Assembly (NCBI GenBank): GCA_019309045.1
Contig: JAFDGZ010000008.1
Coordinates: 309 to 64,308, forward strand
DNA length: 64,000 nt
Direction of reading: 5' to 3'
From: Deltaproteobacteria bacterium
Lineage (GTDB): Bacteria > Desulfobacterota > Syntrophobacteria > BM002
In this document: one piece after another, positions 55,739-64,000 of the stretch
Numbering within the stretch: position 1 is the stretch's first letter
Layout: each line of letters begins with the position of its first letter
The notes under the pieces: generated by a model
What the model was told of the DNA's origin: nothing
Databases searched by the model: none
What the model saw: the letters and a program-made list of their open reading frames with translations, nothing else
Program-made: the position numbers and the translations under genes

Positions 55739-58700
55739 TCACAATTCTATTTTTCGCTGCAGAGCAGTAAAGTACAGTATGGCGTGGATCTCTGAGGCGT
55801 CAATCACGAGGCTCCTGGCAGCCATTTCTCGGTACCCCAGGATCTGGGGTCGGTAATGTTCTACTTCTCTAGCCAGGAAAGATTCTACCGTCTCGTTTGC
55901 TGCAGGTCTGCCTGTCTTGTAGTCCACCAGCCACCACTCATCGCCATCTGATACCAGGCGGTCTATTACTCCCGCCCGCACCTTGCCCGGGCCAGGACAG
56001 TCTTCCAGAGGAATCTCACAGTAAGACCTGGTGTGGCTCTCCCCCAGCAACCAGGCAAAGAAAGGCTCCTGCAGACAAGTCTGCACCTCGAGCACAATTG
56101 CCTGCGCCAGGTCAAAGGCTCTGGCTGCAGGGACCTTTTCTCTCACAAGGGCAGCGGCCACTCCCTCCACTGTGGGCAGCGGCTGCTGGCGGCCAAGGGA
56201 TTCGAGCATTCTGTGAATGACAACCCCTCTTTCCCGGGCATAGTCCTCGCCGCCCTCACAAATCGCCATTTCAGCAAGCTCTGACGGCTTCACCAGGCTA
56301 TAAGGCAGCGGTTCAGTTCTCAAGTACAGAGGCTGCGGCAGGGTGGACACAGGGCATCTTGGGCTGACACTGGGAGACGTCTGAGGATTCAGCAGCAGAT
56401 TGACAACACTGTTGTTTGCTGCTGCCAGCTGACCATCAGCCTCTAGAGTAATGCCATGGTGCTGGAGCAGCCATTGCAGAGGACTGCGCTGTCTCGGCTT
56501 GAGCCCCTTGGGCCCCCGACCACAGATGCCACTGAGACAAAGCCTTTTTTTTGCTCTGGTGGCAGCCACATAGAAAAGCCTCTTTGCTTCGGCAAGTTGT
56601 TTTCGCCGGCTGATCTCTTGCAGCAACTTGAACAGACGTACACTGCTGTCGTTCTGCTGGCGGCGGTCAGGAGCAAGGGCTAGCAAAGACTCACCATCGG
56701 CCTCCGGCAGCCGCTCCAAGAGATACGGCGGCCCCGAGCCAGCAGCACCACTCAGAGGATCCCAGTCCAGAAATGGCAGATATACTGTGTCGAATTCCAG
56801 GCCCTTGGCCCGGTGAACCGTCATCATCTCCACGGGTGCTGCGGCAATGGCAGGATCCACCGGCGAGTAAGCATTTTCCAGCAGCAGCTCCATCTCCTCT
56901 ATGGTCTCCTCGGCAATGCCCTTTTCAGCTTCGGCCAGAAGCTCCAAATAACGCCGACAGTTGGCGACTCCGGCAGTGGAGCTTGCGGCAGCCACCGCTG
57001 CTGGCCCATCCAGATCCTGCCAGACCCGGGCCACCAGGGTTGCCAGCTCCTGGCGTCCCAATCGCTGCTGCGCCTTGTGCATGGCATTCCACAGCTCGGC
57101 AACAGCAGGCAATTCTGCGGCTGCAGCACAGCACTTGGCACGCCAGCTGCTGGCAGCAATCTTCGCCACCTGAACAAAGTCAGCCAATGTCAGGTAGCAC
57201 CAGGGTGAACGCAGCAGAGAGGCCCAGGCCACATCGTCATGGGGTCGGCTGAGCGCCAGAGTTATCTGGTGGAGATGCTGCACCTCCGGCTGTTCAGAAA
57301 GTAACAAGCCCTCCTGCACCTGTACAGCAACGCCTGCCTGCTGCAGGGCAGCCATATAGACGGCCAGAGGAGTTCTGGCAAAGAGTAAAATCCCTATGCT
57401 GCCTCCTGAATCGCCTGCCTGCACCTGGCTGCGTACCATCTCTGCCAGCCACTCTGCTTCAGCTTTCCTGAGTGCTGCAGCCTCTTGTTCTTCAGAGAAA
57501 ATGGCCAGCGACAGCTGAGCTGCGTCGGCTTTTGAGATCGCCTTTGCCTGGATGAACTCTACCTCATCAGCGCTCGGATCAGGGTGCACCATGATGGTCT
57601 CGCCAAAAATCTGGTTGCACCAGTCCACCAGAAGAGGATGAGAGCGGAAGTTCGTTTGCAACTGCAAACTCTCCAGGGGAAACAACCCCATGCCAGCAAC
57701 AGGCACGCCCTGTTTTGCTTTGACAAACAGGGAGACTTCGGCATTGCGGAAACCGTATATGGACTGTTTGGGGTCACCCACAAGCATCAGTGTTCTGTGC
57801 GAATCTGCAGGCCATCCTGCGCAGAGATATTGGATCAACAGCCACTGGTTGCGGCTGGTGTCCTGAAACTCGTCAACCAGCAGGTGCTTGATCTTCTGGT
57901 CGAGGTAAAGATGCAAGTCGGCGGGATTCTCACGGTTGAAGATTCGCAGGGCGCCCTGCTCCAGGTCGATGTAGTCGAGCAGGAGTTGTTGTCGACAAAG
58001 ATCGCCATAGATGCGCACGGCCTCGCCCATTATCAGGACCAGATCATAGAGAGAGTCCAGATCAAGTTCTCCGGTCCCGGGCAGCGGCAGATCCTTGAGT
58101 CCATGCAGCAGCAGTGGAATTTCCGGGGGCAGCGTTGCCAGCATCTCTGCCCAGCTGCTCTTGTTGAAGCCCGCATAGAAGCCAGTCGCCGGACCCAGCC
58201 GTTTTCGCAGCGTGCCTGCCCTGGTTGTCATTACCTCAGCTGCTGCTTGCCAGCTGGGAAGCACCTGCCAGGAGCGAATCTCCAGCTCCGCTGGCAACAA
58301 TTGCCCGGCAGCGGCTCCCTTTTCATGCAGATGTCCCAGGAAGGCAGGCCAGTTCCTGCCCAAGGGGGTTGCTGCCAGGGCCCTGGCGCAGGCATGGAGT
58401 CGTTGCTGTACCAGCCTTGCCAGCCTTTGCTGCAGGACCTCTGCCAAGGAAGCCCTGTGTCGATGGCTGCCAATCAATTCCAGGAGATCCTCCAGCTGGT
58501 CTCTTCTGGCCAGCAGCTCAACCACATGGTGCTGCAAGGCTGCAGAGTCGTTGTTGAGTCTGAGCAGCCAGTTGACAACCGCCTGGCGCCGCGGTTCTGT
58601 CGAATGAAGGTCCAGCAGTTGATTGATGGTTTCATCTGCCGCCTCCCTGAGGAGAGCTCGCTGCTGCTCATCGCTCATTACTCGACTGCCAGGTGGAATT

Positions 58701-59101
58701 CCTGCCTCCAGAGGGGCTCGCTGTACCAACTCCAGACAAAAGCTGTGGAATGTCTTGACTTGCAGACCGTCCGGTGCTGCAAGTAATTGCGCTGCATGAC
58801 GTCGGCAGACTCGGGCGGCCTGGGCAAGCAGAACCCCGTCGGCGACATTGGCAGCCGCTGCACCGCGGCCAGCGCGCTCGAGAAGCTCCCTGAGGCGAGC
58901 CTTCATCTCTGCCGCCGCCTTGTTGGTAAAGGTGAGGGCCAGGATGTTGCCGGGGTGCTCCACTTCCGCCAACAGATTCAGGAAGCGGGCGGTCAGCAGC
59001 CACGTCTTGCCAGAGCCGGCAGGTGCCTCCAGGTGAAAGCTGCGCCGGATGTCCACCGCTGCCAGCCGCACAGGCTCGTCAGGAAGGATACTGCTGTTCA
59101 T
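55739..59101 (-). CDS. addA: AddA-like helicase/nuclease
   Basis: APAGSGKT, DEFQDTS, GDPKQSIYGFR, HRAKGLEF, YVAATRAK; nuclease GVIDRL..VDYKTG. Confidence 0.9.
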   Translation of the reverse strand: MNSSILPDEPVRLAAVDIRRSFHLEAPAGSGKTWLLTARFLNLLAEVEHPGNILALTFTNKAAAEMKARLRELLERAGRGAAAANVADGVLLAQAARVCRRHAAQLLAAPDGLQVKTFHSFCLELVQRAPLEAGIPPGSRVMSDEQQRALLREAADETINQLLDLHSTEPRRQAVVNWLLRLNNDSAALQHHVVELLARRDQLEDLLELIGSHRHRASLAEVLQQRLARLVQQRLHACARALAATPLGRNWPAFLGHLHEKGAAAGQLLPAELEIRSWQVLPSWQAAAEVMTTRAGTLRKRLGPATGFYAGFNKSSWAEMLATLPPEIPLLLHGLKDLPLPGTGELDLDSLYDLVLIMGEAVRIYGDLCRQQLLLDYIDLEQGALRIFNRENPADLHLYLDQKIKHLLVDEFQDTSRNQWLLIQYLCAGWPADSHRTLMLVGDPKQSIYGFRNAEVSLFVKAKQGVPVAGMGLFPLESLQLQTNFRSHPLLVDWCNQIFGETIMVHPDPSADEVEFIQAKAISKADAAQLSLAIFSEEQEAAALRKAEAEWLAEMVRSQVQAGDSGGSIGILLFARTPLAVYMAALQQAGVAVQVQEGLLLSEQPEVQHLHQITLALSRPHDDVAWASLLRSPWCYLTLADFVQVAKIAASSWRAKCCAAAAELPAVAELWNAMHKAQQRLGRQELATLVARVWQDLDGPAAVAAASSTAGVANCRRYLELLAEAEKGIAEETIEEMELLLENAYSPVDPAIAAAPVEMMTVHRAKGLEFDTVYLPFLDWDPLSGAAGSGPPYLLERLPEADGESLLALAPDRRQQNDSSVRLFKLLQEISRRKQLAEAKRLFYVAATRAKKRLCLSGICGRGPKGLKPRQRSPLQWLLQHHGITLEADGQLAAANNSVVNLLLNPQTSPSVSPRCPVSTLPQPLYLRTEPLPYSLVKPSELAEMAICEGGEDYARERGVVIHRMLESLGRQQPLPTVEGVAAALVREKVPAARAFDLAQAIVLEVQTCLQEPFFAWLLGESHTRSYCEIPLEDCPGPGKVRAGVIDRLVSDGDEWWLVDYKTGRPAANETVESFLAREVEHYRPQILGYREMAARSLVIDASEIHAILYFTALQRKIEL

Positions 59102-59111
59102 CTCTTTATGA

Positions 59112-61790
59112 CTATCCTCGTCTGCTGCGCTGGCAGATGGTTCTGGCAAAACAGTTCTGGCACCATCGCTGCTGGGAGCGTTGCCAACTCCCCACTGCCT
59201 CTGCTGTGGAGAAATTGCCCTTCTGCAGCTCCTGGGCGAGTTCTGCCAGGCGATCTTCCCAGATGTCCAGGAATGTCTGCCAGTCGCCGCTCTTCTTCTG
59301 CAGGTTGTCCAGCTTTATCTCCTTTTCCGATTTGAGCCTTATATATCCCGCCTGCATGGGCTGCGCTGCTGGCAGCCGCTCATTGGCAGGCTGCAAGCAT
59401 TCCTGCTGAAGGGCGCGCAGATAAGCAGGCAGCTGGGGCGCCCTGGCATGGTCGAATACTTCTGCCGCTGTGGGACTGCTGCCGGTTTTGTAATCCCAGC
59501 AGAAGAGCCCGTCAGTGGAATGCCGGTCCAGCCGGTCGATGCGGCCGGCAAAAGTGCACGGCCATCCTTTCAGCCTCAGACCTGTGAAGGAAATCTCTTC
59601 AGCCAGCCAGCGCCACCCTTGCTCCATCCTTTCTGCTTCCTGCTCGAGCCAGGCAGGGATCAGCCCCTGCGAACTGCTCAGCCAGCGCTGCCTCTCCACC
59701 CGCCAGTAAGGGCTGGCAGTCAGGTCAGCCACAGCTTGTTCCAGACACTCTTCTATGAAGGGCAGCATATCCTGCCAGCTGAGCCCCTTCTCAGGCAGCT
59801 GGGGCCGCAGCTGCCTGGTAATACAGGCCAGGGCCGCATGCAGCCGCTGGCCGCGCTCCTCAGCCCTGATGCCAAACTGGGGGATGGTCAGTGGTTCCAG
59901 GTCCAACAGGTGTTGCACCAGAAAAAGGAATGGACAGCGGCAGGCCGTGTCCAGCGCACTCACTGACAGCTGTTCCGGAAAGGAAACAGGCAATGGCAGG
60001 TTCTCTTCACCGAACTGCTCGGCTGGATATCGCTGCAGGCCGCGCCACATGGAGCGCACCCAGGGTGCCGCTGCCCAGACGGCACTCGGCTGCTGCCAGA
60101 GGTTGTCGACCACAGGCTCCCAGGCCTGGCGCCACAGCGGCGTAGGCAGCACTGTCTCGTGGCCCACCTGCTCCGGACTGCTCAGGTAAACTTCGCCAGC
60201 AGAAGACAGCAGCTGCTCCAGGGCTGCCCAGGCAAAGTCGTATTGGCTTTCCACGGTGGCACCCCGAATGTGCTGCCGTTCGCCAGGTTCAAGCAGGGGA
60301 AAAGAGCGCACCGGCTGGGGAAGCGCTGTGTGAGTCATGCCCACCAGGAAAAGCCGCTGAAAAGAAAGCCCGCGAGCTTCGATAAGGCCCATTATCTGAA
60401 TACCCGCATGTTCACTGGCTTCGACCTGCACAGTCTCCTGGCAGAGCGCCTGATGCAGCCATCCCTGAAAGGTGGCAGCGTCAAGAGAGAGGTCAGCCAG
60501 CTCAACCGACACTGAATGTAAAGCTTGCTGCAAGAGATTGAAGGCGACATGGTCCGCCTCTTCAGCCATAACGGGAAACTGCAGCCGCCGCCAGACCTGC
60601 TCGAGGAATCCTTGCCAGCCAGCAGCAGAACGAATTCCAGACCGGCAGACAGAGGCCAGCAACTCGCCAAGATCGACCTGCTCTGAATTGAGCAAGGGCG
60701 CGAGTTCAGGCTGCAGCTGTAGAGCCTGATTGAAGAGAGCATTTACATGAGCTGCAGGATCCTGCCGTCGCCATTGCCGGTCCAGCACCGCCAGCTGATG
60801 ACGCTCTCTTCGCCATTGGCCGTAGTAAGGAGACTGCAGCAGAGAGTAGATCAAGAGCCGATGGTTCTTTTCCATGGCAAAACGCAGGGGCAGAAGGGCT
60901 GCCCTGACCAAAGGGTGGCCAGTGAGAGGCTTCCCCAGGGTGATATTGTAGGTTGCCTCCCCAGGGGTGGCTGGCTGCGCCAGGATAGTGTCCAGGATCT
61001 TCTGTAAGGGCCCGGCATACTGCTCCAAATTGGGCACCACCACACCCACCGCACCGGGCCTCGTATCCTGGGAAAATTGGACAAGAAGCTCACAAAGATA
61101 ATGAATTTCCGCTTTCATATCGGGTAGAGAAAAGGCGCGAGTGCAGGGGGAACCTCGTCGTGGCAGTGGAAAGTATTCCACCCTGGTGTGCCTGGACAGA
61201 ACCCGGAAGAGATCCTCCTCGATGGGGGCCGGCTTTTCGAAGCCGGCCAACAAGACCGTCTGGGGAAGGGTCAGCCGCCCCTCCTGAATGGCCGCTGCCA
61301 TTCTCAGCGGCAGCTCCGCGGGATGCCACAGCTTCTGCTCTTGGAGGGCGGCCCTGAATTGCCGGCACACTGCGGCTCGCCACTTGGGCAAAGGCAGAGG
61401 ATAACTGCTCATCACCTTGGTGGGATCCAGGCGGTGGCGCACCATGGCGGTGTAGCTTTGCTCCAGCATGCGCAGGAGATTGAAGTCCAGAGACAGATCC
61501 TCGGGTGGCGGCTGCCGGCTAGCTGCCTCCTGCCAGAGTTGCAGCCGCCGCAACAAAGAGGCTGGCACTTCACTGTCCCAGAGGGAGGCATAGCTGCGCT
61601 GCAGCCAGTTGTTCAAACTCATGGCCTCGACTGTGAGCCAGCCGCGTCTTGCAGCGGCAAGCTGCTGCAGACGGTGGCGGTGTTTAAGCGCCCGGGCCAG
61701 GCGGCTGCCGGAGGTGACTACAAGGGTTCCGGGCCGCCACCTATCCAGCAGCATCTGCTGCCATGCCTCTGTTGGCGACACATGACTCAC
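59112..61790 (-). CDS. addB: AddB-like protein with PD-(D/E)XK nuclease and Fe-S cysteines
   Basis: CRCPF, GRIDRLD, WDYKTG, QLPAY, CQNC...C; adjacent to addA. Confidence 0.85.
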   Translation of the reverse strand: MSHVSPTEAWQQMLLDRWRPGTLVVTSGSRLARALKHRHRLQQLAAARRGWLTVEAMSLNNWLQRSYASLWDSEVPASLLRRLQLWQEAASRQPPPEDLSLDFNLLRMLEQSYTAMVRHRLDPTKVMSSYPLPLPKWRAAVCRQFRAALQEQKLWHPAELPLRMAAAIQEGRLTLPQTVLLAGFEKPAPIEEDLFRVLSRHTRVEYFPLPRRGSPCTRAFSLPDMKAEIHYLCELLVQFSQDTRPGAVGVVVPNLEQYAGPLQKILDTILAQPATPGEATYNITLGKPLTGHPLVRAALLPLRFAMEKNHRLLIYSLLQSPYYGQWRRERHQLAVLDRQWRRQDPAAHVNALFNQALQLQPELAPLLNSEQVDLGELLASVCRSGIRSAAGWQGFLEQVWRRLQFPVMAEEADHVAFNLLQQALHSVSVELADLSLDAATFQGWLHQALCQETVQVEASEHAGIQIMGLIEARGLSFQRLFLVGMTHTALPQPVRSFPLLEPGERQHIRGATVESQYDFAWAALEQLLSSAGEVYLSSPEQVGHETVLPTPLWRQAWEPVVDNLWQQPSAVWAAAPWVRSMWRGLQRYPAEQFGEENLPLPVSFPEQLSVSALDTACRCPFLFLVQHLLDLEPLTIPQFGIRAEERGQRLHAALACITRQLRPQLPEKGLSWQDMLPFIEECLEQAVADLTASPYWRVERQRWLSSSQGLIPAWLEQEAERMEQGWRWLAEEISFTGLRLKGWPCTFAGRIDRLDRHSTDGLFCWDYKTGSSPTAAEVFDHARAPQLPAYLRALQQECLQPANERLPAAQPMQAGYIRLKSEKEIKLDNLQKKSGDWQTFLDIWEDRLAELAQELQKGNFSTAEAVGSWQRSQQRWCQNCFARTICQRSRRG

Positions 61791-62803
61791 GGCTTCATAA
61801 CCTCACTGAGCAGCACTGTGGCATAGGAACCCTTTGGCAGAAAAAATGACAGCCGCAGCCCTTCTTTTTCCTGCTGCAGCTCTACTTCTCCCAGGGGAAT
61901 ACGGAAAACCCTGCGGCTCCCGGGCTGCCTGTTGAATATTTGCGGCTGCAGCCCGGCCCGCCTGAGAATCTCCTCCTCCAGGGTGCCGGGGACGCCCTGG
62001 GCACGCCTCATTTTCTTGCCCCATATGGGGCCGGTAGGGCTGATTTCCAGACGCTCCGCTCTGGGCTGTTCAACCTCCGGTTCAGTGACGGTAAAGAGGC
62101 CGCCCGTGTCGTGCTTCTTGGCGATGTCACCCAGAAGCACGCGGTTGAACAACTGCTGCTGCAGCCTCTCTTTCAGGGTCAGGTTGAAGAGCAGCGAAGT
62201 GGCGGCACTGATGAGGAGCCGGCGCTGGCGCGCGGAGCGCAGCCGCTTCCTGCCCACCAGGATGGCCAGACCATCCTCAGCATTGCGCCCGCCTGCACCG
62301 AATCTCTGCGGCCCGTAAAAATTGGGCATGCCTGCAGCTCGGAGGCGATCAATGACCTGTCGGGCGCGTGGCAGCGAGTCCGGGGCAGCGCCGCGTATGA
62401 GAACCTTGAAATTATTCCCTCGCAGGTGTCCCGTTCGAAGCTTGTGTCCATGATACTTCTGCGCCAGGACAATTATGCCATGCCGCTCGAGTTCACTGAG
62501 GCCGCCAGCAGTAACCTTTTTCCGCGGCAGTGAGATCCACTGCCTGCTTACTGCCTGCTTGTCTTTCCAGCCAGCCAGCCCCACCTCATGGTCCTGCAGC
62601 CCAAAGTGCTTGCGAAAAACTGCCACCTTGTCCAGGGTGGACATACCTCTGCTTTCCACAAACAGGAAGACAAAGTCCCCTTCACCAGCTGCTTGGTAAA
62701 GGGGGACCTCCTCAACCACAAAATCTTCGGGCTGCACTTTGAGCCGACCGCCAGTGCCAGGCAGATCAGCCGTCAGATAGATGCTGCCGAAAGTTGTCTC
62801 CAT
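61787..62803 (-). CDS. truD: tRNA pseudouridine(13) synthase
   Basis: PEDFVVEE, AGWKDKQAVSRQW, GHLRGNNF, NFYGPQRFG, LPKGSYAT. Confidence 0.95.
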   Translation of the reverse strand: METTFGSIYLTADLPGTGGRLKVQPEDFVVEEVPLYQAAGEGDFVFLFVESRGMSTLDKVAVFRKHFGLQDHEVGLAGWKDKQAVSRQWISLPRKKVTAGGLSELERHGIIVLAQKYHGHKLRTGHLRGNNFKVLIRGAAPDSLPRARQVIDRLRAAGMPNFYGPQRFGAGGRNAEDGLAILVGRKRLRSARQRRLLISAATSLLFNLTLKERLQQQLFNRVLLGDIAKKHDTGGLFTVTEPEVEQPRAERLEISPTGPIWGKKMRRAQGVPGTLEEEILRRAGLQPQIFNRQPGSRRVFRIPLGEVELQQEKEGLRLSFFLPKGSYATVLLSEVMKP

Positions 62804-62888
62804 GCCTCCTCGCTATTGAGGCGGAATAGCTGCCGCTGAAACTGAGGTAAACTGTGAAAAGTCTGGCGATTCTTCCGGGCGACCCTTG

Positions 62889-63944
62889 TCAGGCCGGCAA
62901 CAATTCCTTCCAGGCCCTCTCATCCAGCAGCTCGACAATTGCCTTTGTCAATGCCAAGGTGGCCAGCACATCGTCCAGATGGATGAGACCGCTATGACTG
63001 TGAGCATAACGAACCGGTACAGAGAGAACCACCGTGGGAATGCCGCCGCGGGCCGCCTGGATTGCCCGGGCATCGGTGGCGCCGCTGCGCCGGACAGCCA
63101 GCTGGTGAGCAATATTGCGGCTGCGGGCGATCTCTGTGACCCACTGCCAGAACTGCCGATGAATTATGATGGAGGGGTCATAGAGTCTGATCTGGCAGCC
63201 TTTTCCCAGAACAGCCTGGGGATTGTCCCTGGTAATCCCCGGCAGATCATCCGCCGGGGCACCTTCCAGCACCACGGCAGCCTGGGGCTTTACCACCTCA
63301 ACCGCTGCTGCGGCGCCCCGGGAGCCCACCTCTTCCTGCACGGTGCCAACCCCAAGGACAGTATTGGGATGCGTCTCCAGTTCAGCAAGGACCTGCACCA
63401 GAATGGCGCATCCCACCCGGTCATCCCAGGCCTTGTTTGCCAGCAGTTTGCCGTGCCACCTGGCAAAGCGACTTTCTGGAGTAACAAGATCTCCCAGCCG
63501 TATACCCAGGGCTTCGACTTCTTCCGCAGACTGAGCACCCACATCCACAAAAAGCTCCTCCAGCTGCAGCCTGTCAGCTTCCTTCTTGAAATGCACCGGT
63601 ATGGAGCCAACGATTCCCTCGACAACTCCCTTGCTGCCGTGAATGTGCAGACGCTGCCCGGGCAACTGCTGCACCTGCCAACCCCCCAGGGCCTGCAGCC
63701 GCAAGTATCCCTGGGCAAGAATATCCTGTACCATGAAGCCCACCTCGTCCATGTGAGCCGTGAGCATGAGGCGGGGGGTATCTCGATCTCCCCTTCTTTC
63801 GGCAATAAGAGAGCCCAGACCATCGCGTCGTATGTGGCAGCAAGCAGCCAGCCGGGAGCGCATCAGGGCAGCAACAGGTTCTTCGCCGCCAGGTGGACCG
63901 GGCGTGCAAGAGAGTTCCTCCAGCAGTTGGATGATATCAGCCAT
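62889..63944 (-). CDS. M42 family metallopeptidase
   Basis: AHMDEVG, KAWDDRVG, QEEVGSRGA, GATDA, RYAHSH. Confidence 0.93.
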   Translation of the reverse strand: MADIIQLLEELSCTPGPPGGEEPVAALMRSRLAACCHIRRDGLGSLIAERRGDRDTPRLMLTAHMDEVGFMVQDILAQGYLRLQALGGWQVQQLPGQRLHIHGSKGVVEGIVGSIPVHFKKEADRLQLEELFVDVGAQSAEEVEALGIRLGDLVTPESRFARWHGKLLANKAWDDRVGCAILVQVLAELETHPNTVLGVGTVQEEVGSRGAAAAVEVVKPQAAVVLEGAPADDLPGITRDNPQAVLGKGCQIRLYDPSIIIHRQFWQWVTEIARSRNIAHQLAVRRSGATDARAIQAARGGIPTVVLSVPVRYAHSHSGLIHLDDVLATLALTKAIVELLDERAWKELLPA

Positions 63945-64000
63945 GTTCACCTCTCCAGCTAGGGTGAGCAATCACAGCTATCAGACAACAAAACAGGCAA

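Noticed and set aside
1-64000. CRISPR array, cas genes, prophage, retron or DGR
   Set aside because: No spaced direct repeats, integrase, phage structural genes or reverse transcriptase seen. The Cas4-like nuclease/Fe-S motifs belong to AddB next to AddA.

Overview
A GC-rich bacterial chromosome segment. Gene content suggests an anaerobic Desulfobacterota (deltaproteobacterial) genome; this is inferred, not verified. Most of it is housekeeping DNA: a CoA-transferase/GNAT fusion, lgt, Mo/W-cofactor genes (mobB-mobA-moeA, fdhD), a fmdB-rlmI-endoQ-uvrD-recG-ykgJ run, a TGS GTPase, a sigma70 paralog, an incomplete Ni/Co ECF transporter, thiD, tolC-ftsEX-envC-ctpA-yibQ, mlaEFD, three tRNAs, comEA, a DegT aminotransferase, ABC-F, addAB and truD. 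An accessory region (about 35.9-43.9 kb) starts at tRNA-Thr and holds yefM-yoeB plus a GAF-GspE/PilB, ExeA, PilZ-FHA and sensor-less sigma54 activator module. The best leads are: (1) a probable FmdB-family selenoprotein whose SECIS hairpin covers the next gene's start; (2) adjacent EndoQ and UvrD genes that both end in beta-clamp motifs; (3) the PilZ-FHA/secretion-ATPase module; (4) unassigned structured leader RNAs, especially before the Ni/Co transporter; (5) a CoA-transferase domain lacking its catalytic Glu, fused to a GNAT domain. I found no CRISPR array, integrase, rRNA or reverse transcriptase. All calls come from reading motifs by eye; no searches were run.
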